A stretch of 64,000 nucleotides of DNA, from the NCBI GenBank assembly GCA_013265495.1, contig MU058687.1, forward strand, positions 930,001 to 994,000, given 5' to 3'. The translations under genes were made by a program, and so were the position numbers. This document shows positions 26,690-39,532 of the stretch, one piece after another (position 1 is the first letter of the stretch; the number at the start of each line of letters is the position of its first letter). The notes under the pieces were generated by a model, which saw only the letters and a list, made by a program, of their open reading frames with translations, searched no databases and was not told the origin of the DNA. Source of the stretch: Vicugna vicugna. Taxonomy: Eukaryota.

Positions 26690-29185
26690 GTGAGTATCGT
26701 ACTTTTCCATTACTGTGACATTTGTACAGAATAGTCATAATCATCCAAAATAGAAAAAGAGGGGAATGGGATTTTAGTTAACTGAATTGCTAGCCATTTA
26801 ATTTGCTCACCATAGCGATGACTGGTTTTTTTTTTTTTTTTTTTTTTAGAAGTGACCATTTTTAACGAATTGAAATATGATGCAAACTTGACTAGGAATA
26901 ATTAAACTTTCACAATTCAGAAAACACTTAGAAGATTTTTGACCATCATTATAGACATCAATTCTGAATATAGGAGGGAAATTTTCTGTTTTAAGATTTT
27001 GGATTTTAAAATTCTGGATATATGAAAATTTGTTTCTTTTCTCACTATGTATATATATTTTTACATTAAGGAAGAAACAGTCTTCCTTCTACTACAGTGC
27101 AGAAAAGCTAAATAAGACATTTTGCTATTTACAAACATAGGACCAGAAGTGATGATGGTCAACTATTCCTAAATTTATTTAGTTTGGCTTTTATGTGTCC
27201 ACAAAGGATCTGAGGTAGTTTATTTACATATAGGTGTGCAGTTTACCATTAATAGATTTCCCTTGTATATTTGGGTGTTCCCTGCTTCAAATGATCTTCT
27301 CTTACTGCCATGAGGAGGAAAAAGAAAATTTAGACCATGTACAAGGGAATAACTTCCTAATAGTGACATCTGGTGCATTTTGTGGTGGGATGGGTTTATA
27401 TTCATGTATTTTCCAGTTGCCTAATTAAAGGTACAAATGAAAATTAGAATTATACTTTGCCATAAAGAATAAGTTACTGGAATAAATGGAAAAAATTTGC
27501 ACCTTCTTTAATGTTTAAAAGATACTATATAATAAACATTTATAGAGTGATAGTAATATAAATGTTGTTTGCTGACTTATTAAAATTAGCAAGATAAGGT
27601 ATGTGGTGAGTGAGATAAAGTCTTTGAATGCCTAAAATTAATAAATACAGAAGTAACTGAGTAATTTTATTATATGAAGATATAATAAAGTGAGAAAGAC
27701 AGCTAATAGGGTGAAATCATCATCTCTAAGGATCAGAATTGGTGGGGTGGGAAAAAATCAGGGGACGACTGTTTTTCATATATGCCTTTCCGTATTTCTT
27801 TTAAAAGCTATGTACATGTAGTACTTTAATTTTCTAGAAAATCTCTTAGAAATAGTAAAGAGTAGTCTGGAGTTGGAGCACTACCATGTCTGTTAGAGTA
27901 GGCTAGGGTGGCCTGTATTAAGGAAGACACCAAACCTGGTAGACTTTTTGTATTCCCATGGTGTTTCTTATAGATGTCTTAGCTGCTTCTTCAGAAATGC
28001 TTTGGCCTATATGTAAATGACGTGGGTGGAGGGTTCAAGCATGGCACCTTGGAGGTGAATTGTTTCTCTGACTCTGTAGTTCGGCCATTGCTATCTAAAT
28101 GGTGATTGTTTAGGATAGCTTGAGTCCTATAGTTAGGTTTTCTCTAGGTGTGGTTACCTTAGAGTACAGCTATAATCCACATGGCTAAATGCTCTCACTG
28201 TGCCTTTTCTAAAAACAAGCTAATTAATGAAAATTCTGTGCAACATAATACTTCATAGCAGAGGTTGAAGAAACATTCAAGCACAGTACGAGTTCAGCTA
28301 CCTAGGACATTCCTTAACTGTTTTAAGCTCTGCTTATTTAATTTTTCTTCAGTTGCCTTTACATATAAAGGGAGGCCTTTACCTTCCTCTTGCCTTGGAG
28401 ATTCCCTTTGACCTTTTCTTAGTCCCTAGTTTCTTCCATTTCCATCTGATAACCTACAAGGGAGGATAGTTAGCCGCCCATCAGCTTTCTTTTCTGCCCA
28501 CGAGTCTTCTTCCCTGTTCTTTGTAGTGATCTTCCCGGGCCTGCTTCCCCACTCTAGGTGTAAGCCCTTGCCTGTTTCAGTGCTACATGGCTGTGAAATT
28601 GATCCTCCTAAGGCGCATATTGCCCTCTGAGTCCATAACTATCTGCTTCTCCTGACTTTCCTCCATTTTACAACTGCTTTTTCTTCTGGGCATGGTGTTT
28701 TAAAGTTTCTTAACCTTACTTGCTTTCAAAGTGTTAACGTACTTCTAAAAAAAAAATGGCTTTCCTCTGACAGGGGCAGTTTTTAAAAAATTCATATACA
28801 ATTTCTGTGGGGTAGGGTTTATTTTTGCTTATTAATGAGAGTGGATCATACATTATTCTTATTGTCATGCTTTTTTCTTTAACAGTTTTGAGGTATAATT
28901 TACATGCTATTCATTTCACTCATTTAAAGTATACAATTTGGTGGCTTTTAGTGTATTCATAGTGAACCATTAATTTGCTTTCTGTCTCTATAGATTTACC
29001 TATTCCCGGACATTTCATTAAAATGGTATCTTTATTACCAAATGATATTTCATTGTATGGCTGGATCATATCTTAGTTATCCATTTTTCCTTGCTTTTTA
29101 CATTGAACAAATACATCTTGAATGTTATACTGTATCAATATATATAGATGGATTTATTCTTTTTTAAATTACATAGTATTCTATG

Positions 29186-29341
29186 ATTTATTTTTTTTAA
29201 TTTTCATTTATTTATTTAGTAGGGGGAGGTAATCAGGTTTATTTATTTATTCATTTATTTCCTTAATGGAAGTACTGGGGATTGAACTCAGGACATCATG
29301 CATGCTAGGCATACACTCTACCATGGAGCTGTACCCTCCCT
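29186..29341 (-). mobile_element. tRNA-derived SINE (Vic-1-like), long form
   Basis: Same family; possible TSD agtattct on both sides. Confidence 0.82.
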
Positions 29342-29774
29342 CCAGTATTCTGTTTTTTAAATATATCATTTTTAAAGACCAACATCCTAATAGACATTGG
29401 GTTATTTCCAGTTTTTACGCTATTACAAATAAGGCTGTAGTGAATATTTTTGTGAATATGTCTTTGTGTTAGGGTGGAGTATTAGTTTAGGATACATTTT
29501 GTAAAAGCTGTATTGCAATATCAAGGGGGTACTTTTTTTAAATTTTAATAGGTATTGCAAAATTGTCCTCAAATAACTTCACGAGTTTATACACCTACTA
29601 AGTTAGTGTGAGAATACCTATTTCCTCAATATTGGTTATTTTCATCTGTTTAATTTTTGCCATGCTAATAGATAGAAAATGAAATCTTGTTTTAATTTAT
29701 ATCTCTTTAATTAGGAAATTGAGCATTTTTATGTTGATTGACCATTTGTATGTCTTCTTTTGTGAAATGAAATG

Positions 29775-30000
29775 TAGCCAGATGGTTAACAACCCACTCT
29801 GTAGCCTGACAGTCTCAGTTCGAACCTTGGCTTCACCATTTGCTCTCTGGTTACTTCATTGTGCCTCAGGTTCCTCATCTATAAAATGAGAATAGTAATA
29901 ACAATGCTACCTGATAGGAATTGTTCTGAAGATTAAATGAGATAATCCTTGTAAAGTGCTTAGCACAGTGTCTGGTAAATACCACATAATTCCAAGTTAT
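29775..30000. mobile_element. MIR SINE within old L1 sequence
   Basis: gtgcctcaggttcctcatctataaaatgag ... gtaaagtgcttagcacagtg. Confidence 0.75.
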
Positions 30001-30327
30001 TATTATAAGGTTCTTTACATATTAAGGAAATTAACCCTTTGACAGATATGTAGAAATATTTTTCCAGATTATTTTCATTTTACTTTAATATGACTTTTTA
30101 TTTGATAGTTGTCAAATAGAACTTTTATATTTTTATGTGATCAAATTTACATTCTCTGGTTAATTTCATGGTTTCTTTTGGATCACATTTAACTTTTTTT
30201 TCATCTAGAATTTATTTTAATATGTAAAGATTGACAGGGATCCAGCTTAATTTTGTCCCCAGATACGTTTATGAGAGATACTTTATGGAATCTTGATGTG
30301 GGATTGGAACAGTTCCCTAGTTTCTTT

Positions 30328-33036
30328 TTTTTTTTCACTTTTTTTATTGAGTAATAGTTATTTTACAATGTTGTGTCAAATTCTAGTGTAGAGCACAATT
30401 TTTCAGTCATACATGAATGTATATATATTCATTGTCACATTTTTTTGCACTACGAGCTACCACAAGATCTTGTATGTTTTTCCCTGTGCTATACAGTATA
30501 ATCTTGTTTATCTATTCTGCATTTTAAAATCCCAGTCTGTCCCTTCCCACCCCCTGCCACCTTGGCAACCACAAGTTTGTATTCTATGTCTATGAGTCTG
30601 TTTCTGTTTTGTATTTATGTTTTGTTTTTTGTTTTTTTTAGATTCCTCATATAAGCGATCTCATATGATATTTTTCTTTCTCTTTCTGGCTTACTTCACT
30701 TAGAATGACATTCTCCAGGAGCATCCATGTTACTGCAAATGGCATTATGTTGTCAGTTTTTCTGGCTGAATAGTATTCCATCATATAAATATACCACATC
30801 TTCTTTATTCAGTCATCTGTTTATGGACATCTAGGCTACTTCCATGTCTTGGCTATTGTAAATAGTGCTGCTATGAACATTGAGGTGCAGGTGTCATTTT
30901 GAAGTAGGGTTCCTTCTGGATATATGCCCAGGAGCGGGATTCCTGGGTCATATGGTAAGTCTATTCCTAGTCTTTTGAGGAATCGCCATACTGTTTTCCA
31001 CAGTGCCTTTCCTTGCTTCCTCTCCCACTCTTAATGATTTAGATGTCTTCTTTTACAATTTTGTGTTTATTCTTTTTGTAATTCATGGCAGTTATCTCCT
31101 TCCCAGTTATGAGTTTCTCATTTTTATAGCATCCTGCTTCTTTTCTATTTAGAGCAGACCTGTCAATATTTCTTTTAGCATGGGTTTAGTGTTGCTAAAC
31201 TCTTTTAGTTTTTGCTTGTCTGTAAAGTTCTTTATCTCTCCTTCTATTCGATAGCCTTGCTGGATAGAGTATCCTAGGCTGCATCTTTTTTTCATTCAGG
31301 ACTTTGAATATATCTTGCCACTCCCTTCTGGCCTGTAGTGTTTGTGTAGAGAAATCAGCTGAGAGCCTTATGGGGGTTCCCTTGTAACTCACTCTTCGCT
31401 TTTCTCTTGCTGCCTTTAGGATCATTTCCTTATCCTTGACTCTGGCCATCTTGATTATGATATGTCTTGGTGTGCGTCTGTTTGGGTTCTTCCTGTTTGG
31501 GACCCTCTGAGCCTCCGGTACTTGGATATCTGATTCCTTTAGGTTTGGGAAGTTTTCAGTCATGATTTCTTCAAATACCTTTTCAATCCCCATTGTTCTT
31601 TCTTCCCCTTCTGGAACCCCTATTATGCATAGATTGGCATGCTTTATATTATACCATAGGTCCCTTACACTGTTTTCATTGTTTTTTATTTGTTTTTCTC
31701 TCAGCTGTTCTGATTGGGTGCTTTCTGTTGTCCTGTCTTCTAGGTCACTTTTCATTCCTCTGCATTATCTAGCCTGCTTTGTAGAGCATTTAGGTCAGCT
31801 CTCATCTCAGCAAATGAGTTTACTAATTCTACTTGGTTTATAGCTTCTATTTCATTTTTGACATATTTTATACCTCTAAACACTATTTCTTTTAGTTCCT
31901 TCAGTACTTTGATCACTCCTTTTTTGAAATTTTGATCTAGTAGGCCATCAATATCTATTTCCTTGATCGTGCTTTCAGGGAATTTCTCTTGATCTTTTAA
32001 TTGGGAGTGGTTCCTCTGCTTCTTCATATTGCTCATATCTCTCTGACACTGGCTTAAGGAGTATCAGTTATCTAGTTATCCTGGAGCCGGTGTGCTCTTA
32101 ATGATTTTATCGAGAGGTCTTTGTGTCTCCTCCCTGTTTCGCGAACTCAGCTTGCTGTTTCCAGAGGCCTTCTGTTGGCGCCCTCAACTATACTGCTTCC
32201 AGTGGCTGTCGGCTAGCAGATCGTGCCCCTTCCTAACACTGGGTCAGGAGCTGAGCTCTTACCCTGTGGGCGGGCAGGTCACTCTCCCTCCCAATGCCGC
32301 TGTGCTCAGGCAAGGCAGATGGGCAGATCGTGCCCCCTTCCAGCACAGGAGGAGATGGCGGCTGTGGCTGAGCCCTGCCTCTCTTCTCGTGAGATGTGCT
32401 AGAGATGGCGGCGCAGGTCTGAGGAGACAAAGGCTACAGCGCCCCTCCCCCCAGGGCACACCAGCTGTGTTGCTTTGCTTTTTTCGCAATTTATGGGGGA
32501 CTGAGGTGGTTCTGCTCCGTATCCCCTCCCAGCCATGGCGTGCAGCACCCTGCATTCCCCTGGGGCTGCCTCAGTGCAGCCGTCCCAGTCCTCCACCTGG
32601 CTCAGGCAGCCTGTCCCGGCCCCCAGCTGCTGGCTCACGTCTCAGGCTGGGTGTCGTGGGGACCCTTTGTGCCTGTTTAACTCAGTTCTGTCGGTCAAGA
32701 GGTGCTCTGGGCAGATCTGAGCCTCGGAGGCTCCCCCTCCGTCCAGCTGGTCTCTCTGTTGGAGAGGGGAGACCCAGCGAACAAGCGCCAGTTCTCCTTT
32801 GCCGCTCCCTCTCCGCGGGATAGGTCCCGCACTGTTTTGCTTTTTCTTCTTTCTTTTTTCCTTTTCTGCTACCAGAGTTTTGGCGTCTTTGTCTTTCGAA
32901 GAAGGCGATGTTCCTTCAGAGTTCCGCAGGTGCTCTAGTTGGCTGAGTACGTCTATATATGTGAGTTTTGGTGTATTTGTAGGAGAGGGTGAGGTGAGCT
33001 ACAAGCATCCTTCTACTCTGCCATCTTGCTTCTCTC
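30328..33036 (-). mobile_element. LINE-1 derivative: 5'UTR + ORF1 + spacer joined to the last 368 nt of ORF2 + 3'UTR + polyA
   Basis: 13-bp TSD ccctagtttcttt at 30315-30327 and 33037-33049. YY1 site GCCATCTTG 33020-33028. CpG-rich 1-kb 5'UTR 32037-33036. ORF1 32036-31149; ORF2 remnant 31005-30638. Confidence 0.92.
31149..32036 (-). pseudogene. L1 ORF1p, disrupted
   Basis: ORF1p motifs NLCIIGVPEGEE, ENFPNL, PRHIIIK, AREK, ARREW, YPARLS. Stop plus frameshift near 31752 and a second frameshift near 31250. Confidence 0.9.
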
Positions 33037-33223
33037 CCCTAGTTTCTTTATAAATAAGGATTTTATTCTCCTCTAGCTCTTATCAGTTATTGCACTGTGC
33101 TTTTTTTCTGTTATTCCAGCAGTCTCATGAGTCTTTTAAAGACTCTCAGCAGAATGTAATTCAGAGAGAGTAAAATCAGTTCCTCTACAAATTCTGTTAC
33201 TAATATATTTCTTTTCCTGGCAG

Positions 33224-33296
33224 GTATCCCTTGCATAACTGACTGTGTAATGGCTGAAATTGAGAAGTTGGGGCAGAAGTATCGAGTGGCTCTAAG
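33224..33296 (+). CDS. FCF1: FCF1 exon 5 (CIPCITDCVMAEIEKLGQKYRVALR)
   Basis: cctggcag| ... |gtagga; 73 nt. Confidence 0.96.
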
Positions 33297-33699
33297 GTAG
33301 GAAGGAGTGGGTTTAGATTTGTCCTAGATTGGTGTACTGAAGATTCTTTTGACCCTCCTTCATCTGTTTGCCATCCAAATGTTTCTTGGCTGGTTAGTTT
33401 AGATAAAAATCATACATAGCTTGTTAACTTTTTATGATTAAGGAAGCAAACATTTAAAGGTTAGAGATTTCCAAGCTGAAGCCTTTTGAACTAAATTACT
33501 TAGTCATATTGGTCTTATGGGCCTCCTTTTAAGTTCCTTGAGATTTTTCAATAAGAAAGTATCTTTTTGTTTGTTATGTAGTATCTTCTTTGGAATCCCA
33601 CACTTTAAAGATTCACATTCTAAGTTTCGAGTTTATTCCAGAAAGTGTCTTTGAGTTTACTGTAGTCATTCTTGAAGTGTTCATGGACCTCCTCATCCC

Positions 33700-33889
33700 T
33701 TCCCCGCCAGGAAGACCTTTGCAGGGACTTTGCAAAACTGTTTTCACAATAATAGCAAGATATTGCCTTTGTCACTGTGCTGACACTTGTACTGATGGCA
33801 AAAATGCCAATGCCTTGGTATAAATCAAGGCAGTGGGCCCAAGTAATGTTAGTGGTCTTTATATTCTTCACTACCACCCCTGGCAGTTA

Positions 33890-33920
<31 letters not shown>

Positions 33921-34670
33921 CTAGTCACTTAAGAATATCCTTGATGGAGCAGTAAAATTTGTTAACTGTTAAATCTCAACCCTGGAGTACATACATATCA
34001 GTGTTCCTTGTGGTGAAAAGTGAAAGACACATAAAGCATTTCTGCTGATGGTTGCTCTCTAACCCTATTGTGGGAATCATTTCATGAGGTGTGTTAGTCA
34101 AATCATTATGCTGTACACTTTAAACTTACACTGTGCTGTATGCTAATTATATATCAATAAAACTGGAAGAAGGGGAAGAAAGCACCTCTGCTGCATACCA
34201 AAGGATTAAAGTGGTTACAATGAAAAGCATTTGTGTGCTATTTGAGTCGTGAGCTGAACCAGCTGCTTTTTCATGAAATACCATTTTTATGTGAAGAACA
34301 ACTGACAAACACTGATTTTTTCAGACTTTGGTATTTAGCAGATATTTTCTCTAACATTAATGCAGCGTGCCTATCACTTAAAGGAAAACAACTTACTGTA
34401 TGACTTACGATGGATAAAAACAGAATTTTCAAGTGAAAAATTAGAGTGTTGGAAAATTCCAAGCTTATCACATTCCCAATATTAAAGACCTTTCTGTTGA
34501 AAACAGTAATGGTATCAATGTGTATGATATTTTTATGTTGTATAATGAAATGTGTCAATATTTGAAATAGCTGTGTAACTCAGTGAATCAATATTTTCCA
34601 AATGATCAATGCATGATATTACAAAATCACACATAGGTAAAAGACCCTTTCAAAGTCCAACATATGCCAG
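33700..34670. mobile_element. Charlie1-like hAT DNA transposon fossil, interrupted by a (TA)n run and an L1 fragment
   Basis: Recognised motifs gaatatccttgatggagcagtaaaa and gagctgaaccagctgctttttcatgaa; by eye only. Confidence 0.6.
33899..33920. repeat. (TA)n microsatellite
   Basis: Direct reading. Confidence 0.95.
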
Positions 34671-37600
34671 TGGATTTGTGTGTTGGGGGATGGCCTTTAG
34701 GTACCAGAAATGTGATTCCATTTATAGGAAATTCAAGAAAAGGCAAAACTATAATAATAGAATACTGATCAATGGTTGCCTGGATCTGAGGATGGAAGAA
34801 GGAAATTAACTGTAAAGGGATGTAGGGAACCTTTTGTAGTGACAGAAGTGTTCTATATTGGTTGTGGAAGTAGTGACATGGACAAATAAATTTGTCAAAA
34901 CTCATCAAATTTTACATTTATAATCAGTACATTTTATTATATTTATTTATGCCTAATAAAGCTAATTTTAAGGCAAAAGAAAACAGTGGGAAAGTGATAA
35001 ATTATGAAAATATTGATTATTCCTGGGGAAAGAAATAAAATTAATCCTTATTCACTTCTTTCACAAAAAATTAATTCCAGGTAGATTGTCTGAACCTGTA
35101 TAGAAAACATAGAGACTATCTTAGTAATTTGGGGGAGGGCAGGAATTTCTTAAGGCCAAACCATAATGGAAAACTAATAAATTTGTCTATACTGAAAGTG
35201 TATACTTCTGTATAACAAAAGACAGCAAAAACAAAGTGAAAAGCTGTAGAGATTGGGAAGATATTAGTAACACATGGTGAACAAAGGGTATATTTTCAAG
35301 ATACGTAAAAAACTACAAATCCATAAAAAGAAGACAAAATCCACAATAGTATATCATTTCAGAAACGGCAGATTGGCAAGAAATAAAGTCTGCTTGACAG
35401 TGCCAACAATAATTGAGACTGTGGAGCAATGGGAATTCTCATACTCAACTGCTAAGAATGTAAATTGGGCAGTCACCTTGGAGAGTAATTTGATAATATC
35501 TGGTGAAAATGAGGTTGTCTACACTCTTATGACACTGTATCTTTCAACCTGGAGATGGTGAATCTATAGGATATGACATCAGTTTAATGGGTCACATCCA
35601 GCTTCTTTTATTAATAAAACAGAATAAACTATATATACAGTTTGCATGCATTGCATGTAGCAAAGTTCAAGTATTATGTCACAGAACTTTTTTCACTTTT
35701 ATTTGTGTGTGTATATGTACATGTTTGTGCTTACTGTATGCAAGAAAATGTATTTCATACTGTGGGTTTTGGTAAAAAAAAAAAAAAGCCTGCCATAGAG
35801 AAGCTCACATACATGTACTGGAAACAAATATTGGAATTTTCTTATCTGGATAGTAGCAAAAAATTGCAGGCAGCCAAAACATCCATTAGGAAGATAATGG
35901 GTAAATTGTGGAATGTTCACAAATAAAATACTCCACAGAAATGACGACGAGTGAAGTAGAACTATGTGTGTCAATATGCATAAATCTCAAAAACAATGTG
36001 AAACAAAACAAGAGCATATGTAGAGCATACTGTTTATCTAAAGTTTAAAAACATGCAAATTAAAACTACATTTTTTACAGGTGTATATATAATGTGATCT
36101 TACATACATAGTAAAGTGTATCTGGGACTGATAAATCCCAAATTTAGGGTAATAGTTACTTGGAGGGAGGTAAAAAGAGATTAGGATTGAGGAGGGGCTT
36201 CATTTTTTTATGTGTAATGTTTCATTTCTTTAACTAGATAGTGGATACAAGGTATTCATCATTCCTTATAATTTTTTGTATACTTGAAATATTTCAAATA
36301 AAAAGGGGAAGGAGGCATTTATTTTTAAAATAATAATAAAAATAGAGAGTAGGAGGGGAGAAGATAGAGGCACCAATTAGAAGCACCAAGTTTGGCTGTG
36401 AAGAGAAGCAGAAATGGGATGTTAACGGTGCAGGTTGGGGTGGTGGAATAACAAGTAAAGGGATTTTTTTTTTCTTTTTTAAGATGGGAAAGATACTAGA
36501 GCATGTTAGTTTCTGAGAGAGAGCTAATAGAAGGAGATCAGTGATTTCAAGAGTGAAAGAGATAACCCAAAGAGCAAAGGCCTACACTATTGCCTGCCTA
36601 GTTTCTCAGCAGCCAGCATGGCTTCCTTCTAGTGTATCCTTCTCACCACAGCTACTTACTCTGTCACTGAGAAATCTTTATTGTCTCCCATCACTTATGT
36701 CTCAGAGCTTATACTTCTCAGCCTGGATTGGAAACTCTTCCCAATCCATCCTCAACCTGCCTTTCAACCCTATTACACTCTCTTCTGCGCTAACACTCTT
36801 TCCCCCGCCGGAAACATGGGCTCACTTTTCCCGGAACACCATTGAACCATTTTGCAGATGATGCCTTGTTTGGAATGTGCCTGCCTTCACTTTGCTTGGA
36901 TCATTCTTCATTTTATTTTATCTCCATGTAATTTTTTTCTAAATATACCCAGCCCACATGGACCTAGTTCTGAACTACTGCAATAGGAGTATTTTTGTTG
37001 CACTTGATACCTACATGCTGCCCTGTATTATTCATTCTGTGACTCATTGTCATTGTGTAATAGAAAGAGCATGACTCTGGGAATCACAGATTTGTATTTT
37101 TTCTTTCTCAGATTTGCATGAAAATGGTACATGTTTGATTTTTTTTTATGGTAAACAATATAAATATATACATATAGTAAGAAGTGAAAGTCCCCCTCCA
37201 TGGTACATTTTGTCCAGTCTCCTACCCTAAGAATGACAACTGATAAGGGTTAATACATATTTTTCCAAAACTTTTTTTGAACAAATGGAAATCTGGAGAA
37301 AGAGAATGAGATTTTAATTTTCTTAATTGAATCATATCTCATGTATCATGTGTGTGTGTATGAAACTTGCTTTGTTTATTCAATTTATTGCATGTCCTTC
37401 CATGTTGGTACATACATACAGTTCTACCTCATTTTTTTTAATAGGATAGGGGCACCAAAATGTATTTAACTTTTATCTTGTTGACGGATGTTCAAATTAT
37501 CTCCAGTTTTCCACTGTTATAAACTGTGTTGTAGTGATCATCCTTGAGCCTATATTCTTGTACGTTTGTGTAAGACAACTTCCTAAAAGTGAAATGGTTA

Positions 37601-37932
37601 GGTTAAAATTGATTTGGTTTTGAATCCTGGCTTATCCCAGCTGTGTGGCTTTGCACAAATTAATCAATCTCTCTGAATCTGCTGCTTCATCTGTAAAATG
37701 GAAGTAAAATAATACAGTTTTGTGACGAGTCCATGACATAAGGCACACCAGCTGTCAGTAAGCTTTACTACCCTTCTCTAATTATCTTTTCAATTAGAAG
37801 ATAAGCTTCAGGAGGAGAGGAGTGCCTTGAAATCTCTGCATAGATCACATTACTCTTATTTAACTGATTGAGACTTGTAAAGTTACCGAATTGCCTGGAT
37901 GTTTTCATTAATCCACTTTTATAACCCTACAG

Positions 37933-38020
37933 GATCGCCAAGGATCCGAGATTTGAACGATTACCATGCGCACACAAAGGAACTTATGCAGATGACTGCT
38001 TAGTACAGAGGGTAACTCAG
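37933..38020 (+). CDS. FCF1: FCF1 exon 6 ([29 protein letters not shown])
   Basis: ccctacag| ... |gtatca; 88 nt. Confidence 0.95.
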
Positions 38021-38712
38021 GTATCATCACTTTTTAATATTTACTTTGTCCTTAAAAAAAAGATAAACTATTATTTCCTGAATGTTAATGTAAGTATCTG
38101 GGAATATAAACGGTAAAAAGAAATTATGTAGAATCCCTTCATGGGATGTGCAGTTGCCCTCGTTTACTTAAGAAAATGGATTTGAAATGTATACTATAAT
38201 CATAATGGAAAGATAATGGGCTTGGGGAGGACAAGGGTTTCAAATCTTAGCACCTGCATTTATTGGGTGTATAATATGGAGCATTTACTGAATCTCTGTT
38301 CCACAAATCTTCTCTATAAAAATTATAGACAAAATAATATATCAGATTGCACCTCCCTGTGAATCTAAAATAAAATTCTATTTCCATTTACTTCCTGTGT
38401 AGGAATTCTGTTCCTCTCCACCATGCTTAACCCAGAAGTATTTCTCAGTTACATCTGAGTCTTCCAGGGTGCGGTCTTACATATACCTTAGAATAAGTAG
38501 GTTTTTGATTCTTCTCTTCTGACTTCCTTGTCAAACACTACAAGAACTGCTGCTTATTGCCCTTATAAGAGCCTCTCTCTGCTTAGGATAATCATCTTCA
38601 TCTGGTGACCACATTGCCATCCCATTAGCCAGTTCATCCCATGTGTGGGGCCAGCATTTCCCTTAATTTCCCACAGCACCGCTGACACCAATCTTTACAA
38701 AACTCAACGAGG

Positions 38713-38821
38713 TAGGGGTGGGTATAGCTCAGTGGTAGAGTGCATGCTTAGCATGCATGAGGTCCTGGGTTCAGTCCCCAGTACCTTCATTAAAAATAAG
38801 AAGAAGAATAAAATTTAAAAA
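38713..38821 (+). mobile_element. tRNA-derived SINE (Vic-1-like), short form
   Basis: GGTATAGCTCAGTGGTAGAGTGCATGCTTAGCATGCATGAGGTCCTGGGTTCAGTCCCC; TSD aaaactca(ac/gt)gagg. Confidence 0.88.
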
Positions 38822-39390
38822 AAAACTCAGTGAGGGATTTGGGTACGATGTAAGTAGAGTACAATACAAATTAGTTCCCATCAGCTAATGTTAGTGCTTT
38901 CAGAGCTGTTTGACTCAGACTTATCCTGGAGATTCTCCTATTCTGGCTTCAGGGCCAAGGAGGTATCCTGCCTCCACCACTAGGAGGGCTCAGGGTAGGC
39001 CCAGGCCCCAGAGATCCCTGCTGTGCCACCTGATCTAAGGTGCTTACTCTGCCTTTGCATTGAGTCCCTTAGGGCATTTTCAAAACCAAGAAATTGTCTG
39101 TCCCAGATGTGAAAATCCCTTCCACTTATGAGCCAAAAAAACAATTTGCAGCTTTTAAATAGGTTTTTCTATCTTTCCCTCTCAAGATTCTTAGAGCTAC
39201 ATTCATCCCAGGCAACTTACTGTGTCTTATAAATAAAATTTCTAGATCATAGTAGCTACTTAAGAAATTGTTATAGACTTTCCTTTCCTATTTGCTGTGA
39301 AAATGCATAGTTCTTCAGATTAACCAGTGATTGTACCATTATCCAGTATCACTCAGTGAGCTCTATGTGAACACTCGGTGTCTTTTATAG

Positions 39391-39485
39391 CACAAATGTT
39401 ACATTGTGGCCACAGTTGACCGGGACCTTAAAAGAAGAATCCGGAAGATCCCTGGAGTTCCCATCATGTACATTTCTAACCATAG
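39391..39485 (+). CDS. FCF1: FCF1 exon 7 ([32 protein letters not shown])
   Basis: ttttatag| ... |gtgaga; 95 nt. Confidence 0.96.
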
Positions 39486-39532
39486 GTGAGAACTTTCTCT
39501 TAGGGAAGTGATTTAAAGTATATAGTTCATAT

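Noticed and set aside
32092..32823. 243-aa plus-strand ORF and overlapping ORFs
   Set aside because: GC-rich antisense of the L1 5'UTR, non-ATG start, no recognisable domain.
37985..37996. YADD in FCF1 exon 6, resembling an RT active site
   Set aside because: It is the conserved PIN-domain GTYADD motif of Fcf1/Utp24; the similarity is coincidental.
38021..38030. gtatcatc as a U12-type 5' splice site
   Set aside because: Does not match GTATCCTT, and I saw no U12 branch point (TCCTTAAC) before the exon 7 acceptor.
38713..38790. tRNA-Ala-like sequence as a real tRNA gene
   Set aside because: It has an A-rich tail, a TSD and five diverged sister copies in the window, so it is a SINE.
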